Position numbers and translations under genes: made by a program
Shown here: piece by piece, positions 13,298 to 23,795 of the stretch
How the letters are laid out: each line of letters opens with the position of its first letter
Position numbering within the stretch: position 1 is the first letter of the stretch
From: Prorocentrum cordatum
Taxonomy: Eukaryota
Reading direction: 5' to 3'
Length of the DNA stretch: 55,611 nucleotides
Assembly (NCBI GenBank): GCA_963575745.1
Contig: CAUYUJ010000149.1
Span: forward strand, 62,001 to 117,611
The notes under the pieces: generated by a model
Database searches by the model: none
What the model was told of the DNA's origin: nothing
The model's input: only the letters and a program-made list of their open reading frames with translations

Positions 13298-13445
13298 GGA
13301 GGAGGAGGAGGAGGAGGAGGAGGAGGAGGAGGAGGAGGAGCAGGAGCAGGAGGGAGGAATCTGCTTCTTGAAAGAGGAGGACGGAGGAGGAGGAGGAGGA
13401 GGAGGAGGAGGAGGAGGAGGAGGAGGAGGAGGAGGAGGAGGGAGA
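13298..13445. repeat. (GAG)n microsatellite, two blocks
   Basis: Directly visible. Confidence 0.9.
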
Positions 13446-13685
13446 GGGAGGAGCAAGAGGAGAAAAGACAAAAATGAAGGAGAAGGCAGTTGGAATCTGC
13501 TTTTGAAGCCCTCCCCCTTCCTCGCAGCAGGCACATGCGCCCGGACGGTACGACGTTCACCAGCTGCGATGTGGAGCGGGCCACACGTGGTGGTCGCGCC
13601 CGTGCAGTTGGTTGAGCGGTGTCCCGCATCGACCCTCCTTGCGTGAGTAACCAGGGCGCGAGTCGGGGTGGGGAGGGGGGCACGA

Positions 13686-16600
13686 TCAGCTCTTACAAAG
13701 GCAGCGGCATTCTAGAGAGGAGGGACTGAACTGGTAGACGCCCTGGAGAGGGCTCCTCTGCGGCAAGCTCATGCCCCGACGACGTGCGCAGTGGGCCGCC
13801 CGCTTTCTGACACCGCGTGGACAGCTCAATCTTGGAGGCCTGAAAATGGGCACCAACACCAAGACAGAGGGGTGCCTCCACAGGGGGAAGGTGATCCTAG
13901 ATTTCGGTGTTGGTGGTAATATTTCGGTCACCTTGAAAGCCAGGATATTACCACCATCAACGAGATCGGGATCTTCTTCCCGCGGTGAAGGCACACCGCC
14001 GATATTGATGTTGGTGTCAACCTCGAGGCCTGCGACAATCCTTGAATGACTTCCACTCTTGAACAGGAGGGCCCCGGAGACCTTGGGGAGCACAAACGTG
14101 CTGTTACGGCTGCAGTTGGGGCCCTTCCACAAGAAACCTTCCACAAGAAACCGAACCCTGAGACCCCAGGCATTGATTTTTGGTGTGGGTGGGAACGTCA
14201 CGCTTTCCATAGCAAAACCATCGAAGCCCAAAAACCCCCGAGCACCCTGGAGGCAAGCAGGGTGTTTCTTGGCGTGGGCCTCCACTGTACTCTCCGGACC
14301 TCTCCTGGGGCGCGTTCTGAACCGAACTTCGAAGAATCTCCAGCCGTGGAGGCGAAAACTTTCCAGGACGAGCAGCTGTATCGCTACCTCCTCCTCCTCC
14401 TCCTCCTCCTCCTCCTCCTCCTCCTCCTCCTCCTCCTCCTCTGAGAGACTGCCGACACAGCCTGTCTTACGCTCGCCGCTGCTCGGACGTCCATGCCCCG
14501 TGCATTTCTCGGCTCTGTGCGTGCATTTTGTCGCGACGTGGCCCAAAAGGCTCCTCCACGGTCCACGCCGAGGGAAAATGCACACGTCCGAGCGATACCA
14601 AGTACGGAGCTGGCGCCGTGGGCCGTCCACTGTGGGCCCCGAAAAAGGCTCAACATCGAACGCCTGCGCCGCCGCCGCCGCGCAGAAGCAACGGGACCGC
14701 CGTCCGCTCCCGACTTGTCCCCGGACCCCTTCCTGGGATCCTTCCTACCAAATAGATCGACCTGTGCCCAGCCCTTGCCATCGCTCGGACGTCCATAATT
14801 CGTGCATTTCGGTTTCGTGCGTGCTTTTTGTTTCCCAATGGTCCAGAATGCAAACGTCCGAGCGATGCCAAGCCAGCCGTGGCGACAAGCTGGAAGCCAA
14901 AAGAGGAAGGGGAACCTCAGAGGGGGCCAGCCCAGGGGGGAAGCATCGTGCCTGCACCAGCGATACGCCGCCGATAGATCTTCCGATGGCGGAGCTGCAT
15001 GCTCCTAGGCGGGCCCCAATCGGCGATGAGTGGGCGATTGGGGGCCTCCTCCTCCTCCTTCCCTTTCTCCTCCTCCTCCTCCTCCTCCTCCTCCCCTTCC
15101 TCCTCATCCTTACCTTCCTCCTCTTCCTCCTCATCCTCCTCTTCCTCCTCCTCTTCCCCTCCTCCTCCCCTTGCCAATGTTGCGCAGGGCTCCTGTTGGG
15201 TAGTCAGGGAAGGACGCGCGGGGCGCCTGTAAGGAGACCTTTCGGTCTCCGAAGAACACCTCCTCCGAGCCCTCTGGAGGTACGGCACCGGGGCGACACA
15301 GGCATTCCGGTTTCAAATCGGGGTATTCATATCCCCAATTGGAAGACCACCATATCGAGCAGACAACTGCTCACTCGACATGTCAGGAAGCTGGACAGCG
15401 CTTGCCTCTTCCTTCAAACCTGCCTGTCGAGCCAGGTTGTCCTCGGCATTCGCGCAAAATCTATACCTCCACAGGGCAGCGTTCCGATGCGGCATGTTGT
15501 ATGGGGGTGGGTATTCCCGAGTCTGGCACATCTGAAGAGTATACTCTTAACGCGGCGAATACCAAGCATCATGGTTCATTTGGTTTGCGCAGTTCCGCCC
15601 TAATACCATGATACCCCTCATGCTGGGGAATTGGCTCTTCCACAGGGCAGCCACCTGATACGGCTTTATGGGGGGTGAGCCGTCCCCAATCGAGCACGCT
15701 TGAAAATTAGCTCGTAAAACAACAACTCTTTAGTGTGTGAACTTATCCGTTCTAGCAAATGCATTCCCAACCGAGGCTGCAGCCTCCAAGGCATAGCCCG
15801 GTGGCAATGCCGGCGGTCCTGCATTCAAAATGTAAGATCACACGAGGTATTTAACCCCACAGGGCAGTGGTTTTGATGGCGTTGTACGGGGTGAACTTCT
15901 CCAGCTTTCGAACATCTGATAGTTTGGTACTAGAACGGCAACTCTTTTCTTCGTGAGTTTGTCCGTTCTAGCGGTTCCGTCCGCGAACGTGGCACAATGC
16001 CAGCGGTCTTGCTTTCACGGTGGACGCTCGCACGTGGTATCTTCCGTGGTATCTACCTCCACAAAACAGCGCTTTGATACTTGGTAAGGTCTGTACGGGT
16101 GTGAGCCTTCCCCAGCCTAGCACGTTGGAAGATTCTGTCGTAACGGCACGACAACTCTTTACTTCGTGAACTTGTTCGGTCTAGCGGGTCCGTTGCCAAA
16201 CCCGGCGATCACGGAACGGCGAATTCATTATCTCCTCAGGGCAGCATCTTGATATGGCCGAATGGGGGTGCGCCTTCCCAAATCTAGCACGTTCGAAAAG
16301 TTTTGATAGAACGGCACCTCTTTACTTCGTGGGATTGCCCGCTCGAATGATTCCATCCCCAGACGAGGCGTTACTCTCCAGGACATAGCTCGGCGGCAAC
16401 GCCAGTGATCCTGCGATCACAATGGGTTTTCATAATGCGACTTCGCACGTGATGTTGACCTCCAAAAGGCAACGCCTGTATACTTCATACGGCGTATGGG
16501 ATTGAGCCTTCCACAGCCTAGCACGTTGAAACACTTCGATCATGGAACGGTAGCTCTTTCGTTAGTGAGCTTTTCCACTCTAGCGACTCCGTTTCCAGCA

Positions 16601-19021
16601 GAGGCTCTAACCTCCAAGAAAAGCCTGGCAGCGATGCTGGAGGTCCTGCCTTCACAACGCACGCTCGCACGACGCATTTACCTCCGCAAGGCAGCGCCTT
16701 GATACGGCTGCATAGGAGGCACCTTGCCTTGCCTAGCACACTGGAGCGTCTGTTCATATAGCGGAAACTCTGCGTTTCGTGGGTTTGCCCATTCTAGCGG
16801 TTCCGTCTACAGCGAGGCGTTAGACTCCAGGACAAAGCCTGGCACGTTAGAATTCATATGACTGTATGTGGGTGAGCCATCTCCAGCTCAGCACTCTTGA
16901 AAACGTCTTGATATAACATGCGCGAATTACTTCGTGAATTGTCCGTTCTAGCGATTCAGCTCCAAGCGCAGGCATTCAGCCTCCAGGACACAGCCCAGTG
17001 GCAATGACAGCGGACCTGCCTTCACAGTGCATGCTCACACGATGTATTTACATCCACAGGGCAGCGCCCTGATACGGCTGTATGGGAGTGGGTTGTCCCC
17101 GGTCTTGCACATTTGAAGAGCGGTGTTTGCCGGAGCGAACACCAAGCATTCGAGTTCAGTTGGTTTGCGCATTTCACTTGCTCTTCCTCATGCTGGAGCA
17201 TTGGCCCTTCCAGAGGGCAGCACCGTGCGACTCTTGGATTGGGGTGCGCCTTCCCCAGCCTGGCACGTTGGAACAACTGCTGATAGACCAGGAGATAGTT
17301 CGTGAGTTTGTTCGTTCTAGCCGATCCGTTCCTTGACGAAGCGTTAGCCTCAAGGACGCAGCCCCGCGGCAGTGCCCGCGGTCCTGCATACCCTCCCTAT
17401 GGTTCGCCCATTGTTGAGGAGACTGTCGGAATGAGGTGAAAAGAGGTGGCTGTCACTAGGCATGCGGAGTGCACATGCCTACCACCAAAATGAAGTGCCC
17501 TATATGGTACAATGCGTGTACAATATAGGGCACCGACACCGACGATCAAGAATGGGAGAGTCAAAATGCCCCACCTGACATACAAAGGGTAATGCCTACA
17601 CTTAAGAGCATCAACGCTAATCTACACTCCTCCTCCTCCTCCTCCTCCTGCTCCGAGGACCTCCCCCTCCTCCTCCTCCTCCCGCCTCTCCCTCCTCCCT
17701 CCTCCTCTCCCTCCTCCCTCCTCCCTCCTCCCTATTCCCTCCTCCCTCTTTCCTCTTCCCTCCACCCTCCTCGCTTCTTCCTCCCTCCTCCGCTCTCCTA
17801 CGCCTGCGCCCTGAAAAGAGGAGGGGATACTCGGCATCATGACAAGGAGCGTCCACAAGCGCAGTCCCTCGATGGTACTTCGCGCGGGGCGCCCGCATCG
17901 ACCCCAGCGCGACAATCAGAAAGTATTCGTTGGGCGCCCCTGATGGGATCACACAACGCGAGGTCGGGAGAGGGAGGCTGCGAGGGGGGAGGATCGGATC
18001 GGATCGAAGAAGAGAAACAACTACATGAAATTCAACTGTTGTCGCTCAGCGCTGACTCCTTGGATCGGCGCTGAACCCCCTGCCTGGCGCGCGGAGCGGG
18101 CCAGGGGCGGCGCAGGAGGCGGCGCCAGGGGGCCCAACGCACCTCCGGGAAATCCGCGCGGGGCTTTGAAAATCTATGTTTATGCATTTTCCCTTGCTAA
18201 GAATCGGATCGGAAGGCGCCAGCCGCGCCGCAGCCTCTGAAAGCCGTGCCTCGGGGTGCCCTGTGAAGGTGGCGATGCTCGCGCGGTCCCCCTGCCAGTC
18301 AGGGTGATGCGTGCTCTCAGGCGGGAGGGAACGAGAGGAGGAGGAGGAGGAGGAGGAGCAGGAGGAGGAGCAGGAGGCTGAGAGGGAGGAAACGGAGAGG
18401 TAGAAGGAGGAGAAGGAGAAGACGGAGGGAGGATGATGAGGGGGAGGTGGAGGAGGAGGAGAAAGGGGAGGAGGAGGAGGAGGAGGAGGAGGAGGAGGAG
18501 GAGGAGGAGGAGCACGAGAGCCGCCTGGCGCGAGGCAGAGAAGGGCGCCCGTGCCCTCGCCCCTGTCGAACCGTCGTTCGCGCTTCCCCTCCTCAGCCTG
18601 CGCTCGTGTCCTCGTCGTCGTCCTCCGACTCCTACCGTCGCCAGAGATGGCGGTGCCGCGGTCCCGCGGGAAACGGGTCCGGGACCCTGGGGCCCTCTCC
18701 CAGGACCAGCTCTTCGTCCTGAGTAGGTGCTTCCTTTGTTTCCGACGGCCCCGGGGACCGCGGAGGGGCCCGAGATCCCGAAAACGGCGAGCAAACTCAG
18801 GCCCCGCTTCCCCTAAGGGGCCCGCTTCCTTGATGGCGAGAGGCGGAGAGGAGGGGGAAACGCAGGACGCAGGACGCGCGAGTCTGCCAGGCTGCAAGCC
18901 GACAGGCCCCTCGGGAGCGACGCGGGCGGGCTGGAGCCATCTCGTACCTCGGCGAGCTTCACGGAGCCCTCTCCAGATCGAGGGTCGAAGGCCGAATTCT
19001 TGGGGGGCGCCTTCTGCAATC
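13686..19021 (-). CDS. Candidate multi-exon gene (3' part), hypothetical protein
   Basis: Inferred exons (high to low): 19021-18948, 18718-~18695, 18291-18250, 17867-17811, 15271-15227, 15004-14952, 14761-14749, 14387-14328, 14081-13932, 13742-13686. All have AG|G acceptors, most have GT or GC donors and GC3-rich codons, and they join in one frame. Two donors (after 18695 and 17811) are non-canonical or ambiguous. No transcript evidence. Confidence 0.4.
13932..14081 (-). CDS. Best-supported exon of the candidate gene (50 codons)
   Basis: caag|GTC acceptor and AAG|gtgacc donor, exactly 150 nt: VSGALLFKSGSHSRIVAGLEVDTNINIGGVPSPREEDPDLVDGGNILAFK. Confidence 0.5.
14113..14287. mobile_element. 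MITE family 1, copy 1 (Tc1/mariner/pogo-like ends)
   Basis: Imperfect TIRs CAGTTGGGGCCC…CAAGAAAC / GTTTCTTGGCGTGGGCCTCCACTG with flanks TG and TA. Homologous over its full length to 37692-37867. Confidence 0.8.
14472..14602. mobile_element. MITE family 2, copy 1
   Basis: TIR-like CTCGCCGCTGCTCGGACGT … ACGTCCGAGCGATACCAAG, flanked by the direct repeat TACG. Confidence 0.7.
14774..14872. mobile_element. MITE family 2, copy 2 (internally deleted)
   Basis: 19-bp TIR CTTGCCATCGCTCGGACGT / ACGTCCGAGCGATGCCAAG (1 mismatch), flanked by CCAGCC on both sides. Confidence 0.75.
15430..17390. repeat. Old degenerate tandem array, ~10 units of ~160-230 bp
   Basis: Anchor cacagggcagc…ggggtg(a/c)gccttccc…agcacgttg…ttcgtga…gttctagc recurs at ~15470, 15641, 15858, 16060, 16236, 16463, 16686, 17056 and 17211. 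Confidence 0.8.
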
Positions 19022-19924
19022 CTGAGCCTCCGCAGCCTTTTGGGGGGCCCTCCGGGCACCACTGGTGACCACCTCTGGGCGTCAGGTCCCAAGGCATCAC
19101 CCAAAGTTACGGCGGGCTCACGTCGCCATGATGTCGACGTTGGTTTCTGACACCGCGTGGATCCATCAACCTGGAGTGATCGCGGCTCTTCGATGGATGC
19201 AGCCGAGCTACTACCAGAGGGAAAGCCAAGGTGAGCGTTGGGAAGATAGCGTGCAACAGTGCAGCATCAACCTCCAGAAAGCACACTCTCCATGTGAGGC
19301 CATGCCCCCGCGAGGGCCCTTCCTGTGTACGCTGTCCCCCTGCCCGGGTTTCTTCGGTGCACGAGCTCTCCAGGGTCGGGGGTAGCGTGCAACAAGCGGG
19401 CAGGCGGTGCCACATCGTGCGCTATCCTTCGAACGCCACCCCACACCGTGAGGAAAGCGACAGGAGGGGCAAAGTCCCTTTTTTGGTGTGCGAGGAGAGC
19501 CAGAGGAGCAGCGAGCCTCTGCCGAACCTGAACAGTTTCCTACCTCAGCGCCTTGGCATGAGCGAATATCGTCCGCTCCTGGGATACCGGCGACGTGCTA
19601 CTGTACCAGAGGGGGAGAACATCAGCCTGGAATCGACGATAGGTACATCGCGCATGCGTCGTCCACAGGAGTGTGGCTTCGAAACAACAGACTCCTGGGA
19701 CTGGTGGGGCAACCTGGCTCCCATCGGCGATGAATTGGGGCCAACGCTTGCCCCTACTTCTCATTCTTCTCCTCCTCATCCTCCTGATCCCAATCCTCCT
19801 CCTCCTCCTCTTGCTTGCTGCTCCTCCTCCTCCTCCTAAAACTTCCTCCTTCATTCCTTTTCCTGAAAGGAACTACTCCGTGTCGCACCCCGAGGCCAGT
19901 TGGAAGGGCGGGCCAGGCGTTTCG

Positions 19925-20430
19925 ACTGAAGTTCACAAGCGGGGAAACAGTTTCACAGAAGGAGGACGGGTGGTTTTCTAAATGTAGCTCTCCCCTTGGC
20001 ACCGCACACACTCGTCTTTGAAAGTTAGAGGAGCCTCACGGATTGTCGGCGGGTCGTTTTCAAAACGTGGCTCTCGCATTGGCGTCGCGCACATTCTTCT
20101 TAAATAATTGGAAAGAGCTTCACGGTGTGAAAGCGGGTCGTTCTCAAAATGCGGCTCTCGCACTAAGCCGCGTACATCCGCTTGAAAACTTGGCAAGAGC
20201 TTCACGGATTCAGGGCGGGTCCTTTTCAAAATGTGGCTCTCGGTCGAGCGCCGCGCACTCTCGTCGTAAAAACTAGAACCAGAGTTTCACGGATTCAGGG
20301 CGGGCCATGCTTCACAATGTGGCTCTCGCCTAGGCGCCGCGCACATTCGTTTTGAAAAAATGATTAAAGGAGCTTCACGGATTGGGGGCGGGTCGTTTTC
20401 AAATGTGCTCTCCGCGCACCTTCGCCACAC
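19925..20430. repeat. Degenerate ~85-bp tandem repeat, ~6 copies
   Basis: gagcttcacggatt…gcgggtcgttttcaaaatgtggctctcg recurs at ~19930, 20030, 20115, 20197, 20281 and 20370. Confidence 0.8.
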
Positions 20431-21044
20431 AAAGTTGGAAGAGTTCACGTGCTCCCATGGTCAGCGTTCCATAAGTGGCGTTCTGGAACGATTGGGGATT
20501 GTCAGGGCGCAGCAGTTGCGTTGATTCGCGGTAAAGTTCAAAAAACAGTGTTCTGGCACGACTGAGGATCGTCCAGACGCGACAGCCAGTTTGATTCGTG
20601 GTGTTGAAATCCTGATAATGGTGTTCCAGCACGCTGCAGGATGTTCAAATGGTTGTTTTCCAACAGGTCACTTCCCTCGGTGAAAAATTAACCCTTGCAT
20701 GTGGCCTATGAAAGTGAAGCTTGGAAGAAGGGATTATTCAAATAGCCTTAGTGGACCTTGGGATTACACTGGTCCTCCTCCTCTTCCTCCACCTCCTCCG
20801 CCTCAAACCTCCTCCTCCTCTTCCTCCGCCTCCTCCTCATCCTCGTCCTCATCCTCATTGTTATCATCATCCTTCTGGGGTTTATTCTTCTGATCCTCCT
20901 CCGCCTGTTCCGCCTCTTCCCGCTTTAATTACTCTCTTCGTCCTCCCCTTCCCTTCCCCCTTGGGCCTCCTCTCTCGTCCTCGTTCTCCCATTCCCCTTT
21001 TCCTTCCTCCCCACGTCCTTCGAGATCATTGTTTTATTCCGGCC

Positions 21045-21298
21045 GGTAACGCCCGTTACCCGGGGGGGGGGGGGGTCGTGCCCCCCGGGTAACGGTAACG
21101 CTTGGGCTGGGCGGGGTATGGCGAAGCAGGGGCGCTCTGCGATCGCCATAGTATGCGCGCGAGCAGCACTCTCTGCCTGAGAGCACCACAGTGGCTTGCG
21201 ATTCGAGTACAAGCGCAAAGCCCGCCGCGTGGTCCCGGCACCACGCCCGCGCCCGCGCGCGCGACGACGATGATCGACGAGCGACGACGACGACGAGG

Positions 21299-21347
<49 letters not shown>

Positions 21348-21552
21348 TTCGAGTACAAGCGCAAAGCCCGCAAGCACAGCACGCGCACGACGCCGACGCG
21401 ACGCCCACAGTGCGCCTGCGACCACCACACCACAGTGCGCATGCCTTCGGGCACCAGCATGTTGGAGGGGAAGACCGAGACCCCCCCCGCGTACGAGCGG
21501 TTACCGTTACGGGGGGGGGGGGGGGGGAGAGGCCCGGGTAACGAGCGTTACC
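21045..21552. mobile_element. Foldback/MITE-like element with GTAAC/GTTAC-rich TIRs
   Basis: GGTAACGCCCGTTACCCGGG (21045) and CCCGGGTAACGAGCGTTACC (21533-21552) are inverted repeats with 1 mismatch. There is an inner pair GTAACGGTAAC / GTTACCGTTAC and an internal duplicated cgattcgagtacaagcgcaaagcccg around (GAC)n. Confidence 0.7.
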
Positions 21553-21903
21553 CCCCAGAGGATAAAAAAACAATCCCTTCCTCCCCCCCCCGTCATCCTT
21601 TCCCCTCCTCCCTCCCCGCCCCCATCCCTCCTTGCCTCCCTCACGCCGTCCCTCCTCACGCGGGCGGGCGCGACCCCCCTCGCGCTTGTGGGACCGCGAG
21701 AGGGAAGGAACAAGAAGAGGACAGCTGCGGAGGAGGGCCAGGAGAGGCAGAAGTTACAGACAAAACTGAGATCGGAGGTTGGGGGGTGAGATCGAAGTGG
21801 AACGGAGAGCCCCCCTACCGGGAAATCGATTTCGGTTTCGTGTTCGTGCGTGCCGTGCGTGCGGGCGAGGCGAAGCTGCGTGGGCGGGTGGGAGGAAAGT
21901 CTC

Positions 21904-22312
21904 CTGTGGCTGAGGCGCGGCCGGACCAAATGACTCCCTTCCGGCAAACGGTGCCGCGTGGTGTCCCGCCGGTGTCCCGCTGTGGCTGAGGCGCGGCCGG
22001 ACCAAATGACTCCCTTCCGGCGTCCAGTGGCCCGCGGTGTCCCGCCGGTGTCCCGCCGGTGTCCCGTCGATGTCCCGAGGATGACGGTAATGATGATGAT
22101 GATGATGATGATGACGATGATGATGATTATGATGATGAGGATGATGATGATGATGGTGATGATGGTGATGATGATGACGATGATGATGATGGTGATGATG
22201 GTGATGATGGTGGTGATGGTGATGATGGTGATGATGGTGATGATGATGATGATGGAGGTGATGTTGATGATGGTGATGATGTTGGTGATGATGGTGGTGA
22301 TGATGATGACGT

Positions 22313-22356
<44 letters not shown>

Positions 22357-22862
22357 ATGATGATGATGATGTTGATGATGATGATGATGACGTCGATTGT
22401 GAAATCGATTGTGAGATCGATAGTGAGATCGGTAGTGAGACCGAATGAGAGATCGATTGTGAGATATATTGAGATCGATAAAGAGATCCGGTGTCCCGCC
22501 GGTGTCCCGTCGGTGTCCCGATGATGACGGTGATGCTGATAACGACGATGATGATGATTATGATAATGATGATGATGGTGATGATGGTGATGATGATGAT
22601 GATGAAGATGATGATGGTGATGATGGCGATGATGGTGATGATAGTGATGATGGTAATGATGGTGATGGTGATAATGCTGGTGATGATGGTGATGATGGTG
22701 ATGATGGTAATGATGGTGATGATGATGGTGGTGATGATGATGACGTTGATGTTGATGATGATGATGATGATGATGTTGATGTTGATGTTGTTCATGATGA
22801 TGATGATGACGACGATTGTGAGATCGATTGTGAGATCGATCGTGAGATCGATAGTGAGACCG
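21904..22862. repeat. Duplicated module: (CGGTGTCCCGC)n + (GAT)n + (GATTGTGAGATC)n
   Basis: Two copies at ~22036-22488 and ~22489-22862, preceded by a duplicated 42-mer at 21904 and 21980. Confidence 0.85.
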
Positions 22863-23744
22863 TCGTTGCGCGCACTGTCGTTGCGAGGGCCCCTCCCCCC
22901 CCAACCTCCTTATCACCCGCAGGGTGGTCGTATAGGTAAGAATGCACGATAAGGATGCAAGGGCCTTAGAAGGCCATGCCGACACTTTTCGAGCGGGGCG
23001 TGGCCAACGAAAGTGGCAAAGGATGGACCGAAGGGAAAGGATGCACGGGCAACCTTGGAAAATCACTCATCCGTACTATCAGTGTTGACTGTAGCCAACC
23101 ATGCTTTCTCAATGCATGGTGTGCGGCGCCGCATTCGCGAGCTTATCGGTACAACAGATTGTCCGGTGTCCAGCGTGTATGCAGCTTCACCACACTCGCT
23201 TACAAGTGGTGTGACCCATCTGTAAGAAACATCGGACAAATATATTCTGCAATTATGGCTGACTAATTTCAATAGGTTGCCGAATGATGTCGCTGCTCCA
23301 TTCGATCGAAAGAATGCCAAAGACGGCCGCGAACGGGCCAGAGAGAGCCAGAGGCCTGCGACCTATGTTTTTCCCCTTGCTTTCACCCTCCCTGGTAAGC
23401 CAAGGGGTACTGATGCAGGGTCGATACACGGACTGACGTTCTCCTCGACGCTCCGCCGTGCATGTCTCCCACACGCGCACGTTCCAAGCTGCTCGGAGAC
23501 GAACCGAAAGAACGAAGAGGGATGAGCCTGGCCCCCCCCCCGTCGGCGGTGGACAAACCTCCCCTTAGTAAACCTCCCCTTCGTGAAAACGGCCTGAGAC
23601 CGAAACCGACGGACTGGGACCCGCAAAAATGACGGCCGCGACGCCCTCTCGCAAACCGAAAACGCCCAATTCCTTCATCGGCGTGTCAGGGCAGGAGGTC
23701 TATCAACCTCCGACCCCGGCTCTCTTCGGCCCCGAGAGCCTCCG

Positions 23745-23795
23745 TCACATCCTCGAGGGGCTGCTCAAATAGGTGACCAGGCAGGTGATGTTGTC
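23745..23795 (-). CDS. Candidate terminal exon of a PP2C/PPM-family protein phosphatase
   Basis: caag|GAC AAC ATC ACC TGC CTG GTC ACC TAT TTG…ATG TGA = DNITCLVTYLSSPSRM*. This matches the C-terminal PPM motif DN(I/V)T-hydrophobic strand and has high GC3. No other PP2C exons were found in the window. Confidence 0.5.
   Translation of the reverse strand, partial: DNITCLVTYLSSPSRM

Noticed and set aside
21507..23066. 519-aa His/Ile-rich ORF and overlapping poly-D/M ORFs
   Set aside because: They are an artefact of (GAT)n tracts.
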